64,000 nt of DNA, taken from an uncultured Oscillospiraceae bacterium. Its GTDB lineage: Bacteria > Bacillota > Clostridia > Christensenellales > CAG-314. Positions 1 through 9,094 of the stretch are shown here, in pieces (the stretch's first letter is position 1; the number at the start of each line of letters is the position of its first letter). Location: positions 8,566-72,565 of the forward strand of contig CAZFTO010000004.1 of NCBI GenBank assembly GCA_964521735.1, in the 5' to 3' direction. A model generated the notes under the pieces. That model did no database searches. It saw only the letters and a program-made list of their open reading frames with translations, and had not been told where the DNA came from. The position numbers and the translations under genes are program-made.

Positions 1-483
1 CTCTACAACTTGGTTGGGTTCCAAACCAACTTGAAGTTTGGCGAGCAAAAACGTGTGTTTTCGCTTATTCCGGCCCTTGCGCAAGCGGAATTTGTGCGCT
101 ACGGCGTTATGCATCGAAACACTTTTATCAATGCGCCAAAGTTTTTGAACAGTGCGTTTCAACTAAAATCCAACCCAAAATTGTTTTTTGCAGGGCAACT
201 AACGGGAGTGGAAGGCTACGTCGAATCGGCCGTTTCCGGTTTGGTTGCAGGCCTGCAAGCGTACAGAATGATCAAGGGTTTGCCTTTTGTGGATTTTTCC
301 GATCAAACCATCACCGGTGCGTTGTGTCGCCACGTATCTACGGAATTTGGCGAGTATTCGCCAATGAACAGCAATTTTGGCATTTTGGCGCCGCTGGATA
401 CGTTTGTTAAAAAGCACGAAAGAAAGCAAGCTTATTCCGAACGCGCTATTGAAAAAATGAAACAAATTATATCTACTTTATAG
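1..483 (+). CDS. trmFO: tRNA uridine-5 methyltransferase TrmFO (Gid), C-terminal part; the 5' end lies outside the window
   Basis: The frame is open from base 1. The translation (FAGQLTGVEGYVESAVSGLVAGL, VMHRNTFINAP) is typical of the TrmFO/GidA family, and the gene lies upstream of hslVU as in Bacillus. Confidence 0.85.
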   Translation, partial: LYNLVGFQTNLKFGEQKRVFSLIPALAQAEFVRYGVMHRNTFINAPKFLNSAFQLKSNPKLFFAGQLTGVEGYVESAVSGLVAGLQAYRMIKGLPFVDFSDQTITGALCRHVSTEFGEYSPMNSNFGILAPLDTFVKKHERKQAYSERAIEKMKQIISTL

Positions 484-495
484 GAGGAACGAATT

Positions 496-1047
496 ATGTC
501 GGAAGTATTTGCCGATTCCATCAAGGGCACTACTATATGCGCCGTTCGTCGCGACGGAAAAATTGCCGTTGCAGGTGACGGACAAGTTACGCAAGGACAA
601 AACGTTATTATGAAAGGCAACGCCGTCAAGGTGCGCCGCATCTATAACGGAAGCGTTGTAACCGGCTTTGCGGGTAGCGTTGCCGATGCATTCACCCTTT
701 CGGAAAAATTTGAAGAAATGTTGCAAAAATTCAGCGGAAACTTGTTGCGTTCCGCCGTGGAAGTGGCGCAACTTTGGCGCAGAGACAACGTCATGCGCAA
801 ATTGGAAGCAATGATGATTGTTGCCGACAAGGAAAACGTGTTTTTGCTTTCTGGCACCGGCGACGTTATCGAACCGGACGACGGAGTGTGCGCAATTGGC
901 AGTGGTGGCAACTATGCATTGGCGGCCGCCAAGGCGCTCTATCGCAACACCGATCTTTCCGCCAAGGAAATTGCCAAAAAAGCGTTGGAAATTGCCAGCG
1001 AAATTTGTGTGTTCACCAACGGACACATAACTGTTGAGGAGGCTTAA
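496..1047 (+). CDS. hslV: ATP-dependent protease subunit HslV (ClpQ)
   Basis: 183 aa with the N-terminal GTTICAV Ntn-hydrolase motif and [11 protein letters not shown]. An AGGAGG RBS lies upstream, and hslU follows. Confidence 0.93.
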   Translation: MSEVFADSIKGTTICAVRRDGKIAVAGDGQVTQGQNVIMKGNAVKVRRIYNGSVVTGFAGSVADAFTLSEKFEEMLQKFSGNLLRSAVEVAQLWRRDNVMRKLEAMMIVADKENVFLLSGTGDVIEPDDGVCAIGSGGNYALAAAKALYRNTDLSAKEIAKKALEIASEICVFTNGHITVEEA

Positions 1048-1048
1048 C

Positions 1049-2335
1049 ATGACACCTAAACAAATAGTGGCGGAGTTGGATAGATATATTGTCGGTCAAT
1101 TTCAAGCCAAAAAAGCCGTGGCAATCGCTTTGCGCAACAGATATCGCAGAAGTCGTCTTTCCACGCAAGACCGCGAGGAAATAACCCCTAAAAACATAAT
1201 CATGAAGGGCCCCACCGGCGTAGGCAAAACGGAAATTGCCCGTCGTTTGGCAAAAATAGTAAAAGCCCCGTTTTTGAAGGTGGAAGCCACCAAGTATACC
1301 GAAGTTGGCTACGTTGGCAGAGACGTGGAAAGCATGGTGCGCGATTTGGTGGAAGTATCCATCCGTTTGGTAAAGGACGAACGCTACAAGGAAGTGGAAG
1401 CGCGCGCTTTCGAACGCGCCGTGGAACACGTCGCCGATTTGATGCTTAAGCAATCTAGCGATTTGCCCGAAGGCATAACGAAGGTTGCACTTATGGACGA
1501 ACTTGCAAAACACAATCTCGACCAAATGCAAGTGGAAATTCAGGTAGCCGACGTTCCCAAACCCATCGAATTGCAAGCGGGCGGTGGCGGCGAAATTAAC
1601 ATTGGCAGCATTTTTGGCGATATAATGCCCAAAAAGTATAAAAAGCGCACGGTAACGGTGGAAGAAGCGCTAAAACTTAAATGCTCCGAAGAAAGCGAAA
1701 AGCTAATCGATTTGGATAGTGTCGAAAGCGAAGCACTGCGTCGTGCAGAAAACGACGGTGTTATTTTCATTGACGAAATGGATAAAATTGCCGGTGCAGC
1801 ATCACACAACGGTCCCGACGTTTCTCGCGAGGGCGTTCAGCGCGACATTTTGCCCATAGTGGAAGGTTGCACTGTATCCACCAAGTACGGAAATATCAAA
1901 ACCGACTATATTTTGTTTATTGCCAGCGGAGCGTTCCACGTAAGCAAAGTTTCCGATCTCATTCCGGAATTGCAAGGTCGTTTTCCCGTTTTGGTGGAAT
2001 TGGATAGTTTGTCTGCCGACGATTTTGTCAAAATTTTGACTGTTCCTGCCAACGCAATCACTCAACAATATCAAAAATTGTTGGCAGTGGATGGCATCAC
2101 TTTGCAATTCACCGACGACGGCATACGCGAAATTGCCAACGTTGCCTACGACCAAAACAACACATTGGAAGATATTGGCGCTCGTCGCTTGCAAGGCATC
2201 ATGGAACACATCGTGGAAGACGTTTCCTACGACGTTTCCGAAGAGGGCGAAAAGAAAACGGTTGTTATCGACAAGAACTACGTCCTAAATAACTTCCGCA
2301 CCGAATCTCGCAACCTCAAAAAATACGTGCTGTAA
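1049..2335 (+). CDS. hslU: ATP-dependent protease ATPase subunit HslU (ClpY)
   Basis: MTPKQIVAELDRYIVGQ, Walker A GPTGVGKTEIARRLA and IFIDEMDKI. The ATG at 1049 follows a GAGGAGG RBS. Confidence 0.95.
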   Translation: MTPKQIVAELDRYIVGQFQAKKAVAIALRNRYRRSRLSTQDREEITPKNIIMKGPTGVGKTEIARRLAKIVKAPFLKVEATKYTEVGYVGRDVESMVRDLVEVSIRLVKDERYKEVEARAFERAVEHVADLMLKQSSDLPEGITKVALMDELAKHNLDQMQVEIQVADVPKPIELQAGGGGEINIGSIFGDIMPKKYKKRTVTVEEALKLKCSEESEKLIDLDSVESEALRRAENDGVIFIDEMDKIAGAASHNGPDVSREGVQRDILPIVEGCTVSTKYGNIKTDYILFIASGAFHVSKVSDLIPELQGRFPVLVELDSLSADDFVKILTVPANAITQQYQKLLAVDGITLQFTDDGIREIANVAYDQNNTLEDIGARRLQGIMEHIVEDVSYDVSEEGEKKTVVIDKNYVLNNFRTESRNLKKYVL

Positions 2336-2340
2336 TTGCC

Positions 2341-2763
2341 ATGACGGAAAACGGCACTGTTATCGAATGTAAAAATCAGTTTGCATTGGTGCGAATAGGG
2401 CGCAATTCAGCCTGCGCTTCTTGCGGCAAATGCGGCATGACGGAAAGCCAAAAGCACGCAGATTTTTGGGTTAAAAACACTCAAAACGCCGCTGAAGGGG
2501 ACGTCGTTCAGTTGGATATTCCCGAAGGTCGTTCCGCCGCTTTGGCCTTTGTCGCTTACATTTTGCCCATCATTCCGGCATTGCTACTAATGTTTTTAGG
2601 CTTTGGTTTGGGCTGGAAAGAATGGATTTGCACCTTGGCATTTTTCGGCGGTTTGGCACTTGGTTTTTGCATAGTCGTTGTTATCGACAAAATTCGCAAA
2701 CACAAATGGGCGGCACCGTCCATGCTAAAAATTGTTGCCGCATGTGCGCAACAAAAAGAATAA
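2341..2763 (+). CDS. RseC/MucC-family (SoxR-reducing-system-like) membrane protein
   Basis: The N-terminal soluble domain carries CASCGKCG and is followed by two hydrophobic helices. Size and layout are typical of the RseC family. Confidence 0.65.
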   Translation: MTENGTVIECKNQFALVRIGRNSACASCGKCGMTESQKHADFWVKNTQNAAEGDVVQLDIPEGRSAALAFVAYILPIIPALLLMFLGFGLGWKEWICTLAFFGGLALGFCIVVVIDKIRKHKWAAPSMLKIVAACAQQKE

Positions 2764-2777
2764 TTGGAGGTTAAACT

Positions 2778-3089
2778 ATGAGTAATTTACCCGACGTATC
2801 GCAAAACTTCGACGAATTTATCAGCGAAGGTGTTGCAGTTGTGGATTTTTGGGCAACTTGGTGTGGCCCGTGCAGAATGTTGGCACCCATTTTCGAAGAA
2901 GTGTCGGCAAAAGTCTCCGCAAAATTTGGCAAAGTGGACGTAGACAACGCAATAGAACTTGCAAAGCGTTTTCAAGTGTCCTCCATTCCCAACGTTTGCA
3001 TTTTCAAAAACGGCCAACTTGTTGATAGAATCATCGGTTTGTGCGATGGAGACGAACTAACCGAAGCAATCAACAAACAATTGCAATAG
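2778..3089 (+). CDS. trxA: thioredoxin
   Basis: 103 aa with the WCGPC active site. A GGAGG RBS lies upstream. Confidence 0.93.
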   Translation: MSNLPDVSQNFDEFISEGVAVVDFWATWCGPCRMLAPIFEEVSAKVSAKFGKVDVDNAIELAKRFQVSSIPNVCIFKNGQLVDRIIGLCDGDELTEAINKQLQ

Positions 3090-3260
3090 TGTTGTTTATA
3101 GCGCTTGCAGTAAGGAAAGCAGGTTTTTTCAACCAAACTTTTTTTCAAAGACGTTGTTTCCCGAACAGCCGTTCCGTGCCAAGAGCTAGTATCAATTTTG
3201 TAAAGAGTGGTTTTTGACGTGCCACAAAAGTTTGCACAAAAAAATTAGTTAATTGTATTG

Positions 3261-3294
3261 AAAATGAGTTCGGTATTGTACCGGACTCATTTTC
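3261..3294. terminator. bidirectional intrinsic terminator-like hairpin with no gene directly attached
   Basis: aaaatgagttcgg / ccggactcatttt forms a 9 bp GC-containing core stem with an A-run on one side and a T-run on the other. Confidence 0.5.
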
Positions 3295-3572
3295 GGTTTG
3301 GTGAGGTTTTTATTGCAGCAGCAGTCAACTGTTCGCGCGTTTTTTAGCAAAGCGTTGCGTTCAAAAAGCGCTTGCAGGCAAAATAGATAAGTTTTTAAAA
3401 TTAAACAAATTATGTAAAAGCGTTGTTACAAAAAACAGCATTTTTGTGTTGTGATAGCATTTCCGTGCCACAAGTTGTGCGCTGTGGCTCAAAAAAAGGT
3501 CAGTTTTCGTTGTTGGTTTAGTGCAGCAAAACGATATTGTTCAAAAAAATTTTGTATATTGCCTAAAAACGT

Positions 3573-3601
3573 TTGACTGCGTCTATAATAGGTATTATAA
3601 T
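3573..3601 (+). promoter_or_regulatory. sigma-A type promoter of the iscR-nifS-nifU operon
   Basis: TTGACT, a 17 nt spacer, then TATAAT, about 30 nt upstream of the iscR ATG. A short inverted repeat (TCCTA-N9-TAGGA) follows and may be an Rrf2 operator. Confidence 0.55.
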
Positions 3602-3630
3602 AATCCTAGCAAATTGGTAGGAATTGTATC

Positions 3631-4035
3631 ATGAAAATGTCGTCCAAGGCAAGGTACGGGCTGTATGCCGCTGTGGAACTTGCCCAAAAGTATAACCAAA
3701 CGGAAGTGGTGCCGGTAAGCGTGTTGGCGCAAACAACCGGCGTCACGGAAAAATATTTGGAACAAATTTTGGCTTTGATGAAGAAGCAAAGGCTTGTTGT
3801 TGCGGCTCGTGGTGCGGGCGGTGGCTACAAGCTTGCCGATGCGCCGCAAAAAATAACGGTGGGGCAGGTGTTGCGTGCCGTAGAAGACAATTTGGAAATT
3901 GTCGATTGCTTGCACGAAAACTGTTCGGCAAAATGCAACTGTGTTTCGCGCAACTTGTGGGCCAAACTCTATAACAACATAAACGTCTTTTTGGATACAA
4001 TTTCTCTTCAACAACTTTCGGAGGATAATATATGA
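3631..4035 (+). CDS. iscR: Rrf2-family transcriptional regulator (IscR/CymR-like)
   Basis: MKMSSKARYGLYAAVELA is a typical Rrf2 N-terminus, and the C-terminal half has a Cys cluster (CLHENCSAKCNC). It lies immediately upstream of nifS-nifU. Confidence 0.85.
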   Translation: MKMSSKARYGLYAAVELAQKYNQTEVVPVSVLAQTTGVTEKYLEQILALMKKQRLVVAARGAGGGYKLADAPQKITVGQVLRAVEDNLEIVDCLHENCSAKCNCVSRNLWAKLYNNINVFLDTISLQQLSEDNI

Positions 4036-5213
4036 AAGTTTATTTAGATCACGCTGCAACAACCCCCTGCGACCAAGCCGTCGTTGAGGAAATGTTGCCG
4101 TATTTCACCGAAAAATTCGGCAATGCCGATAGTCAACACGCTTGCGGAAGAGAAACGGCCAAAGCTGTTGCCGATGCGCGCGAAACAATTGCTCGCATAA
4201 TCAACTGCGCCCCCAACGAATTGTATTTTACCGGCAGTGGCACCGAGGCGGATAACTGGGCGCTAAAAGGCGCTGCATTGGCGCGCAAAAACCGTGGCAA
4301 CCACGTTATTATTTCTGCAATAGAGCATCACGCAATTCTAAATTCGGCCGACTGGTTGGAAAAAGAAGGTTTTGTCGTCACAAAATTGCCAGTGGATAAA
4401 ACCGGTTTGGTAAGCGTGGAAGATTTGAAAAACGCCATAACGGATAAGACAATTTTGGTTTCCGTTATGTACGCCAACAACGAAGTGGGCACCATTCAAC
4501 CCATAAAGGAATTGGCACAAGTGGCGCACGAACACGGCGCCTTGTTCCATTCCGACTGTGTGCAAGCCGTGCCGTACCTAAAAATTGACGTAAAAGATTT
4601 GGGTTTGGATTTGATGACCATGTCCGGACACAAATTCTACGGCCCCAAAGGCGTTGGCGCGTTGTACGTTCGCAACGGCGTAAAATTAGATAAGCTTATT
4701 TGCGGTGGCGGACAAGAACGTTCGCAACGTGGTGGCACAACTAACACTCCGGCAGTTGTGGGCATGGCAAAGGCGTTGGAACTTTCCGTTGCCAATATGC
4801 AGCAAAACAATGCGCATATTGCCGCCCTGCGCGATCATTTCGTTCAACGTGTTTTGGCAGAAATTCCCTACGTTCGCTTTAATGGCAATGTGGATCATCG
4901 TGTTCCGTCCGTTGCTAATTTTAGTTTCGAATTTGTCGAAGGCGAAGGCATTCTGATGCTTATGGATTTTCACGGCGTTGCCGTTTCCAGTGGTTCGGCG
5001 TGCAGTTCGGGAAGTTTGGATCCCTCTCACGTTTTGTTGGCAATGGGCGTTCCCATTGAAATTTCGCACGGATCCATTCGTTTTTCATTTGGAAAACACA
5101 ACACTTTGGAAGAAACGGACTACACTGTTGAGGCTCTTAAAGATACCATTGCAAAACTGCGCGTAATGTCGCCTTTGTTTAACTTGCAAGAAGGAGGAAA
5201 TCACAATGTATAA
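4032..5213 (+). CDS. nifS: cysteine desulfurase (NifS/IscS type)
   Basis: 393 aa with the PLP-lysine motif SGHKFYGPKGVGALY and the catalytic loop SSGSACSSG. Confidence 0.93.
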   Translation: MKVYLDHAATTPCDQAVVEEMLPYFTEKFGNADSQHACGRETAKAVADARETIARIINCAPNELYFTGSGTEADNWALKGAALARKNRGNHVIISAIEHHAILNSADWLEKEGFVVTKLPVDKTGLVSVEDLKNAITDKTILVSVMYANNEVGTIQPIKELAQVAHEHGALFHSDCVQAVPYLKIDVKDLGLDLMTMSGHKFYGPKGVGALYVRNGVKLDKLICGGGQERSQRGGTTNTPAVVGMAKALELSVANMQQNNAHIAALRDHFVQRVLAEIPYVRFNGNVDHRVPSVANFSFEFVEGEGILMLMDFHGVAVSSGSACSSGSLDPSHVLLAMGVPIEISHGSIRFSFGKHNTLEETDYTVEALKDTIAKLRVMSPLFNLQEGGNHNV

Positions 5214-5610
5214 TCAAAAAGTTTTGGACGCGTTTGCTCACCCGCAAAACGTGGGTGTTATCGAAAACGCCGATGGCGAAGGCATGGTAGGCAATGCCAC
5301 TTGCGGCGACATAATGAAAATAACGCTAAAAATCGAAAACGACGTGATCGTGGATGCAAAATTTCAAACCTTTGGTTGTGCCGCAGCCATTGCAACCAGC
5401 AGCACTGCAACGCAAATGGTAATAGGCATGACGGTGGACGAAGCATTGAAACTAACCAACGCGCGTGTTGTGGAAGAACTGGAAGGTTTGCCTCCTCAAA
5501 AAATTCACTGCTCTGTTTTGGCGGAAGAAGCCATCAAAAAGGCAATTGAAGATTATCGCGCAAAACAACAAAACAAAATCGTCGATAAAGAACACGTCGA
5601 ATACGTGTAA
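5206..5610 (+). CDS. nifU: Fe-S cluster assembly scaffold protein NifU/IscU
   Basis: GNATCGDIM, FGCAAAIATSS and KIHCSVLAEEA carry the three conserved Cys of IscU. Confidence 0.92.
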   Translation: MYNQKVLDAFAHPQNVGVIENADGEGMVGNATCGDIMKITLKIENDVIVDAKFQTFGCAAAIATSSTATQMVIGMTVDEALKLTNARVVEELEGLPPQKIHCSVLAEEAIKKAIEDYRAKQQNKIVDKEHVEYV

Positions 5611-5671
5611 CGTCGTATAATTTTTCTTTCCCTAATCACACTAGATATAGGTCGATTTTTGGGAGGAATAT

Positions 5672-5794
5672 ATGAAAAAGATGCTTTTGGGCCTTGCGTT
5701 AGGTGCTGCTTTTGGCATGATGGTTGCGGAAATCCCCGCCGTGCAACAGGTGCTTACAAAGGGTAAGAAAAAGGTTAAAAATCTAACGAAATAG
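5672..5794 (+). CDS. 40-aa hypothetical small membrane protein
   Basis: A GGGAGG RBS sits 6 nt upstream. The product is MKKMLLGLALGAAFGMMVAEIPAVQQVLTKGKKKVKNLTK, a hydrophobic helix with a Lys-rich tail, and a strong terminator follows directly. Confidence 0.45.
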   Translation: MKKMLLGLALGAAFGMMVAEIPAVQQVLTKGKKKVKNLTK

Positions 5795-5799
5795 GTTTT

Positions 5800-5833
5800 G
5801 GGGCGTGTCGGTTTTGACATGCCCCAAAATTTT
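5800..5833 (+). terminator. intrinsic terminator of the isc operon
   Basis: ggggcgtgtc / gacatgcccc forms a 10 bp stem with one G-U pair, followed by an A/T run. Confidence 0.7.
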
Positions 5834-5911
5834 GCCTATTTTCAAAATAAATTTTCAATTTTTTGCAAAACACTGTTAAAATTCTTTTAAGTGTGCTACA
5901 ATGGTTGCATT

Positions 5912-6328
5912 ATGGGAAGAATAATGGCTTTGGACGTAGGTGACGTCCGCATAGGAATTGCCGTTTCCGATTTGATGGGTATAATTGCCAATCCGTTGGA
6001 AACATATACAAGACGTGGCGACGTGGAGCGCGACGCAAAATACGTGGCCGATTTGGCCAAAGCGCACCAAGTGGATTTGTTTGTTTCCGGCTTGCCTCTT
6101 GGCCTAAACGGCTTAGAAAACGAGCAAACGGCCAAAACACGTGCGTTTATTGAACAGTTGCAAAAGCAAACAGACGTGCCAGTCAAGTTTATGGACGAGC
6201 GTTTCACAACGCTTTCGGCCGAACGTGTGCTTATCGAAGGTAACGTGCGCAGAGAAAACAGAAAAAAAGTTATCGACAAAGTTGCGGCAACGATTATCTT
6301 GCAAAACTATTTGGATAGCAAGCGTTGA
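5912..6328 (+). CDS. ruvX: Holliday junction resolvase-like / pre-16S rRNA nuclease YqgF (RuvX)
   Basis: IMALDVGDVRIGIAVSD and LTTLSAERVL; the size is typical. The start is uncertain: 5912, 5924 and 5891 are all in frame. Confidence 0.88.
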   Translation: MGRIMALDVGDVRIGIAVSDLMGIIANPLETYTRRGDVERDAKYVADLAKAHQVDLFVSGLPLGLNGLENEQTAKTRAFIEQLQKQTDVPVKFMDERFTTLSAERVLIEGNVRRENRKKVIDKVAATIILQNYLDSKR

Positions 6329-6367
6329 CGTTGAATTATTGTAAAACAAATTTTTAGGGAGGACATT

Positions 6368-6763
6368 ATGGCAGAAAAGAAAGGTCACGGCTGTGACTGT
6401 GAACACGAACACGTTCACGATTGCGATTGCGAACACGAAGAATGTGATTGCGGTTGCGAAGACGAAGTAGTGGTGCTGCAAGACAGCGACGGCAATGACG
6501 TTGCATTCCACTACGTTTACAACATGGAACACGAAGGCAAGGAATACGTCTTTTTGCAAGCAGTAGAAGGCGATGACGTTGTGGAAATTTTCTCCGTGGA
6601 TACCGTTGAAGAGAACGGCGAGTTTTTTGACACGTTGGATCCCGTAGACGACGATTTGTACGACGTGTTGTACGAAAAGTTGTTGCTTGTTGCATCCGAA
6701 GACGCGTGCGAAGACGATTGCGATTGCGACGACGAACATTGCGATTGCTGTCATCACGAATAA
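6368..6763 (+). CDS. DUF1292-family acidic protein with Cys/His/Asp/Glu-rich N- and C-terminal tails
   Basis: It sits directly after ruvX, as yrzB does in Bacillus. The acidic core (VVLQDSDGNDVAFHYV...EYVFLQ...FSVD) is flanked by HGCDCEHEHVHDCDCEHEECDCGCEDE and CEDDCDCDDEHCDCCHHE. Confidence 0.75.
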   Translation: MAEKKGHGCDCEHEHVHDCDCEHEECDCGCEDEVVVLQDSDGNDVAFHYVYNMEHEGKEYVFLQAVEGDDVVEIFSVDTVEENGEFFDTLDPVDDDLYDVLYEKLLLVASEDACEDDCDCDDEHCDCCHHE

Positions 6764-6787
6764 TCATTCGTCAAAAACTAACAAAAT

Positions 6788-6812
6788 CCGTCTCTTCGAG
6801 GCGGGTTTTTGC
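6788..6812 (+). terminator. intrinsic terminator after the DUF1292 gene
   Basis: ccgtctc / gaggcgg stem followed by tttttgcttttt. Confidence 0.6.
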
Positions 6813-7205
6813 TTTTTCGGCCAGGCGGGGGATGCAGGGCTTTGCTTTGATAGAGGCGCATTTTTGAATTTTTTATTGCATGTGTTTTTTGCTGCTTTCG
6901 AGTACGCTTGCTTAACTGTGCATATTTGTCTTTTGTGTGTGGTATTTGTACCCAAAGGCAGGCTTGATAAAGGCGCATTGGGGAAATTTCGTTTGCTCTC
7001 GACTTTTAGTTGAAAAATATTTTGCCACTTTGCCTATTGCTTTTTCGTCCCCTTGCCACGAAGGTGGTGCATGGCTCAGTGGAATATCTGCCGTTTTTTT
7101 TCAATTGTTGCGGAAACTATTTTTTGGCAGAGTTTCACGTTCAACGTAGCGCTGCATTTTTGAGAAAAATTCTTGCCATATCAAAAAAAATATGGCCGTC
7201 TTTTG

Positions 7206-7234
7206 TTGCAAAAATAACAACCTTGTGCTATAAT
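7206..7234 (+). promoter_or_regulatory. sigma-A promoter for rpsB-tsf, leaving a leader of about 115 nt
   Basis: TTGCAA, a 17 nt spacer, then TGcTATAAT (extended -10). Confidence 0.6.
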
Positions 7235-7355
7235 TTACCAGGTTTAATTCGCATTTGCGCAATATTCGTTCGTTGTGCTCGGTTTGCCGCCGAGTTGCGT
7301 GCGGAGTTTGACGGCGCAAAGAGGTTAAAAACGATAAAAAAGGAGAATATGAAAA

Positions 7356-8114
7356 ATGGCAGTTGTATCTATGAAACAACTTCTGGAAGCAGGCGTGCAC
7401 TTTGGTCACCAAACCAGAAGATGGAACCCCAAAATGAAGAAGTATATCTATGCAGAACGCAATGATATCCACATCATCGACCTTCAACAAACGGTCGCTC
7501 AAGCAGAAATCGCTTACAAATTCGTTCGCGATATCGCAGCAGAAGGCAAACCTGTTTTGTTCGTTGGCACCAAAAAGCAAGCTCAAGACGCTATCAAGAC
7601 GGAAGCAGAACGTTGCGGAATGTTCTACATCAACAACCGTTGGCTAGGGGGCACGCTTACTAACTACAAAACCATCAAATCCCGTATTGACAGATTGAAC
7701 AAAATCAATCAAATGGAAAAACTTGGCGAACTTGAAGTTTTGCCCAAGAAAGAAGTTGCAAAAATGTTGGAAGAACGCGACAAATTGCAAGCAAACCTTG
7801 GCGGAATCAAGGATATGAAGGGAATGCCCGGTTGCATTTTCATCGTAGACCCCAAAAAGGAAGCAATTGCTGTTGCCGAAGCTCACGCTTTGAACATCCC
7901 CATCGTTGCAATTGTTGATACCAACTGCGACCCCGATCAAGCAGACGTTGTAATTCCTGCAAACGACGATGCTATCGGCGCAATCAAAGTTATCGCATCC
8001 ATTATCAGCGGCGCAGTTATCGAAGCTAAGGAAGGCGTTGTTATGACGGCTCCCGTAGACGAAGAAGCTGTTGCAGAAGAAAATACTATCAGTGAGGAAA
8101 CGAACAATGGCTAA
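7356..8114 (+). CDS. rpsB: 30S ribosomal protein S2
   Basis: [27 protein letters not shown]. Confidence 0.97.
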   Translation: MAVVSMKQLLEAGVHFGHQTRRWNPKMKKYIYAERNDIHIIDLQQTVAQAEIAYKFVRDIAAEGKPVLFVGTKKQAQDAIKTEAERCGMFYINNRWLGGTLTNYKTIKSRIDRLNKINQMEKLGELEVLPKKEVAKMLEERDKLQANLGGIKDMKGMPGCIFIVDPKKEAIAVAEAHALNIPIVAIVDTNCDPDQADVVIPANDDAIGAIKVIASIISGAVIEAKEGVVMTAPVDEEAVAEENTISEETNNG

Positions 8115-9039
8115 TTTCACAAGTCAAGACGTAATGAAGTTGCGTGAACAAACCGGCGTAGGCATGATGGACTGCAAAAAAGCACTTGTCGAAACAAACG
8201 GCAATTTCGAAGAAGCAGTTAAGTACCTTCGCGAAAAGGGAATGGCAAGCGCAGCCAAAAAGGCTAGCCGCGTTGCTGCGGAAGGTTTGGTTAAGTGCCT
8301 AGTTGCCGAAGACAAAAAATCGGCAGTTATGGTAGAAATCAACTGCGAAACCGACTTTGTTGCTCGCAGTGATCAATTTATAGACCTTATTGCTAACATT
8401 GCAAAACACCTGTTGCAATCCAACGCTACAACAGTAGAAGAAGCATTGGCAGAAACCTATTTTGCAGATTCTTCCAAAACGCTGAACGTTTTGATTGCCG
8501 AAGCTACGGCTTCCATCGGCGAAAAAATTTCTTTCCGTCGTTTCACCAAGTACGTTCAAAGCGAAAACGGTTTGATTGCTAGCTACGTTCACATGGGCGG
8601 CAGCATTGGCGTTTTGTGCCAAATTTCCTGCGATACCATCAATGAAGCTGTTTTGGAACTTGCTCAAAACGTTTGCATGCAAATTGCAGCAAGCAAACCT
8701 CAAGTAATTTCCGTAAACGACGTAGACGCCAGCCAGTTGGATTCCGAAAGAGAAATTTTGACGGCTCAAGCAATGAACGAAGGCAAACCCGCAGCTGTTA
8801 TTGCTAAGATGGTTGAAGGCCGCATCCACAAGTACTACAAAGAAGTTTGCTTGTTGGAACAAGAATACGTTCGCGACTCTGCTTTCAGCGTTAAGCAAGT
8901 TATTGCCGACGTTGCAAAGAACGTTGGTTGCGCAATTAACGTAGATAAATTCGTTCGTTACGAAATGGGCGAAGGCATCGAAAAACGCGTTGATAATTTC
9001 GCAGAAGAAATTGCCGCGCAACTTCATGCCGGAAAATAA
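8107..9039 (+). CDS. tsf: translation elongation factor Ts
   Basis: The ATG at 8107 follows a [29 protein letters not shown] is the UBA-like N-terminus of EF-Ts. Confidence 0.95.
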   Translation: MANFTSQDVMKLREQTGVGMMDCKKALVETNGNFEEAVKYLREKGMASAAKKASRVAAEGLVKCLVAEDKKSAVMVEINCETDFVARSDQFIDLIANIAKHLLQSNATTVEEALAETYFADSSKTLNVLIAEATASIGEKISFRRFTKYVQSENGLIASYVHMGGSIGVLCQISCDTINEAVLELAQNVCMQIAASKPQVISVNDVDASQLDSEREILTAQAMNEGKPAAVIAKMVEGRIHKYYKEVCLLEQEYVRDSAFSVKQVIADVAKNVGCAINVDKFVRYEMGEGIEKRVDNFAEEIAAQLHAGK

Positions 9040-9050
9040 TAGAAAAAATG

Positions 9051-9079
9051 GGGGAACAATGTTTCGTTGTTCCCCTTTT
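9051..9079 (+). terminator. intrinsic terminator after tsf
   Basis: ggggaacaa / ttgttcccc is a perfect 9 bp stem followed by tttt. Confidence 0.75.
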
Positions 9080-9094
9080 CAAAAAGAGGTAGTT

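Noticed and set aside
3207-5837. Two similar 31 nt elements (24/31 identical) flank the isc operon: gtggtttttgacgtgccacaaaagtttgcac at 3207-3237 and gtcggttttgacatgccccaaaattttgcct at 5807-5837.
   Set aside because: The similarity is largely A/T-run low complexity typical of terminator flanks. With only two copies and seven mismatches it is not distinguishable from chance or convergent terminator architecture.
6687-7465. ORFs 6687-7013 (108 aa), 6937-7149 (70 aa) and 7010-7465 (151 aa) in the DUF1292-rpsB spacer.
   Set aside because: They cross a terminator and the rpsB promoter and start. They lack RBS and have implausible composition. The region is treated as the intergenic spacer plus the rpsB leader.
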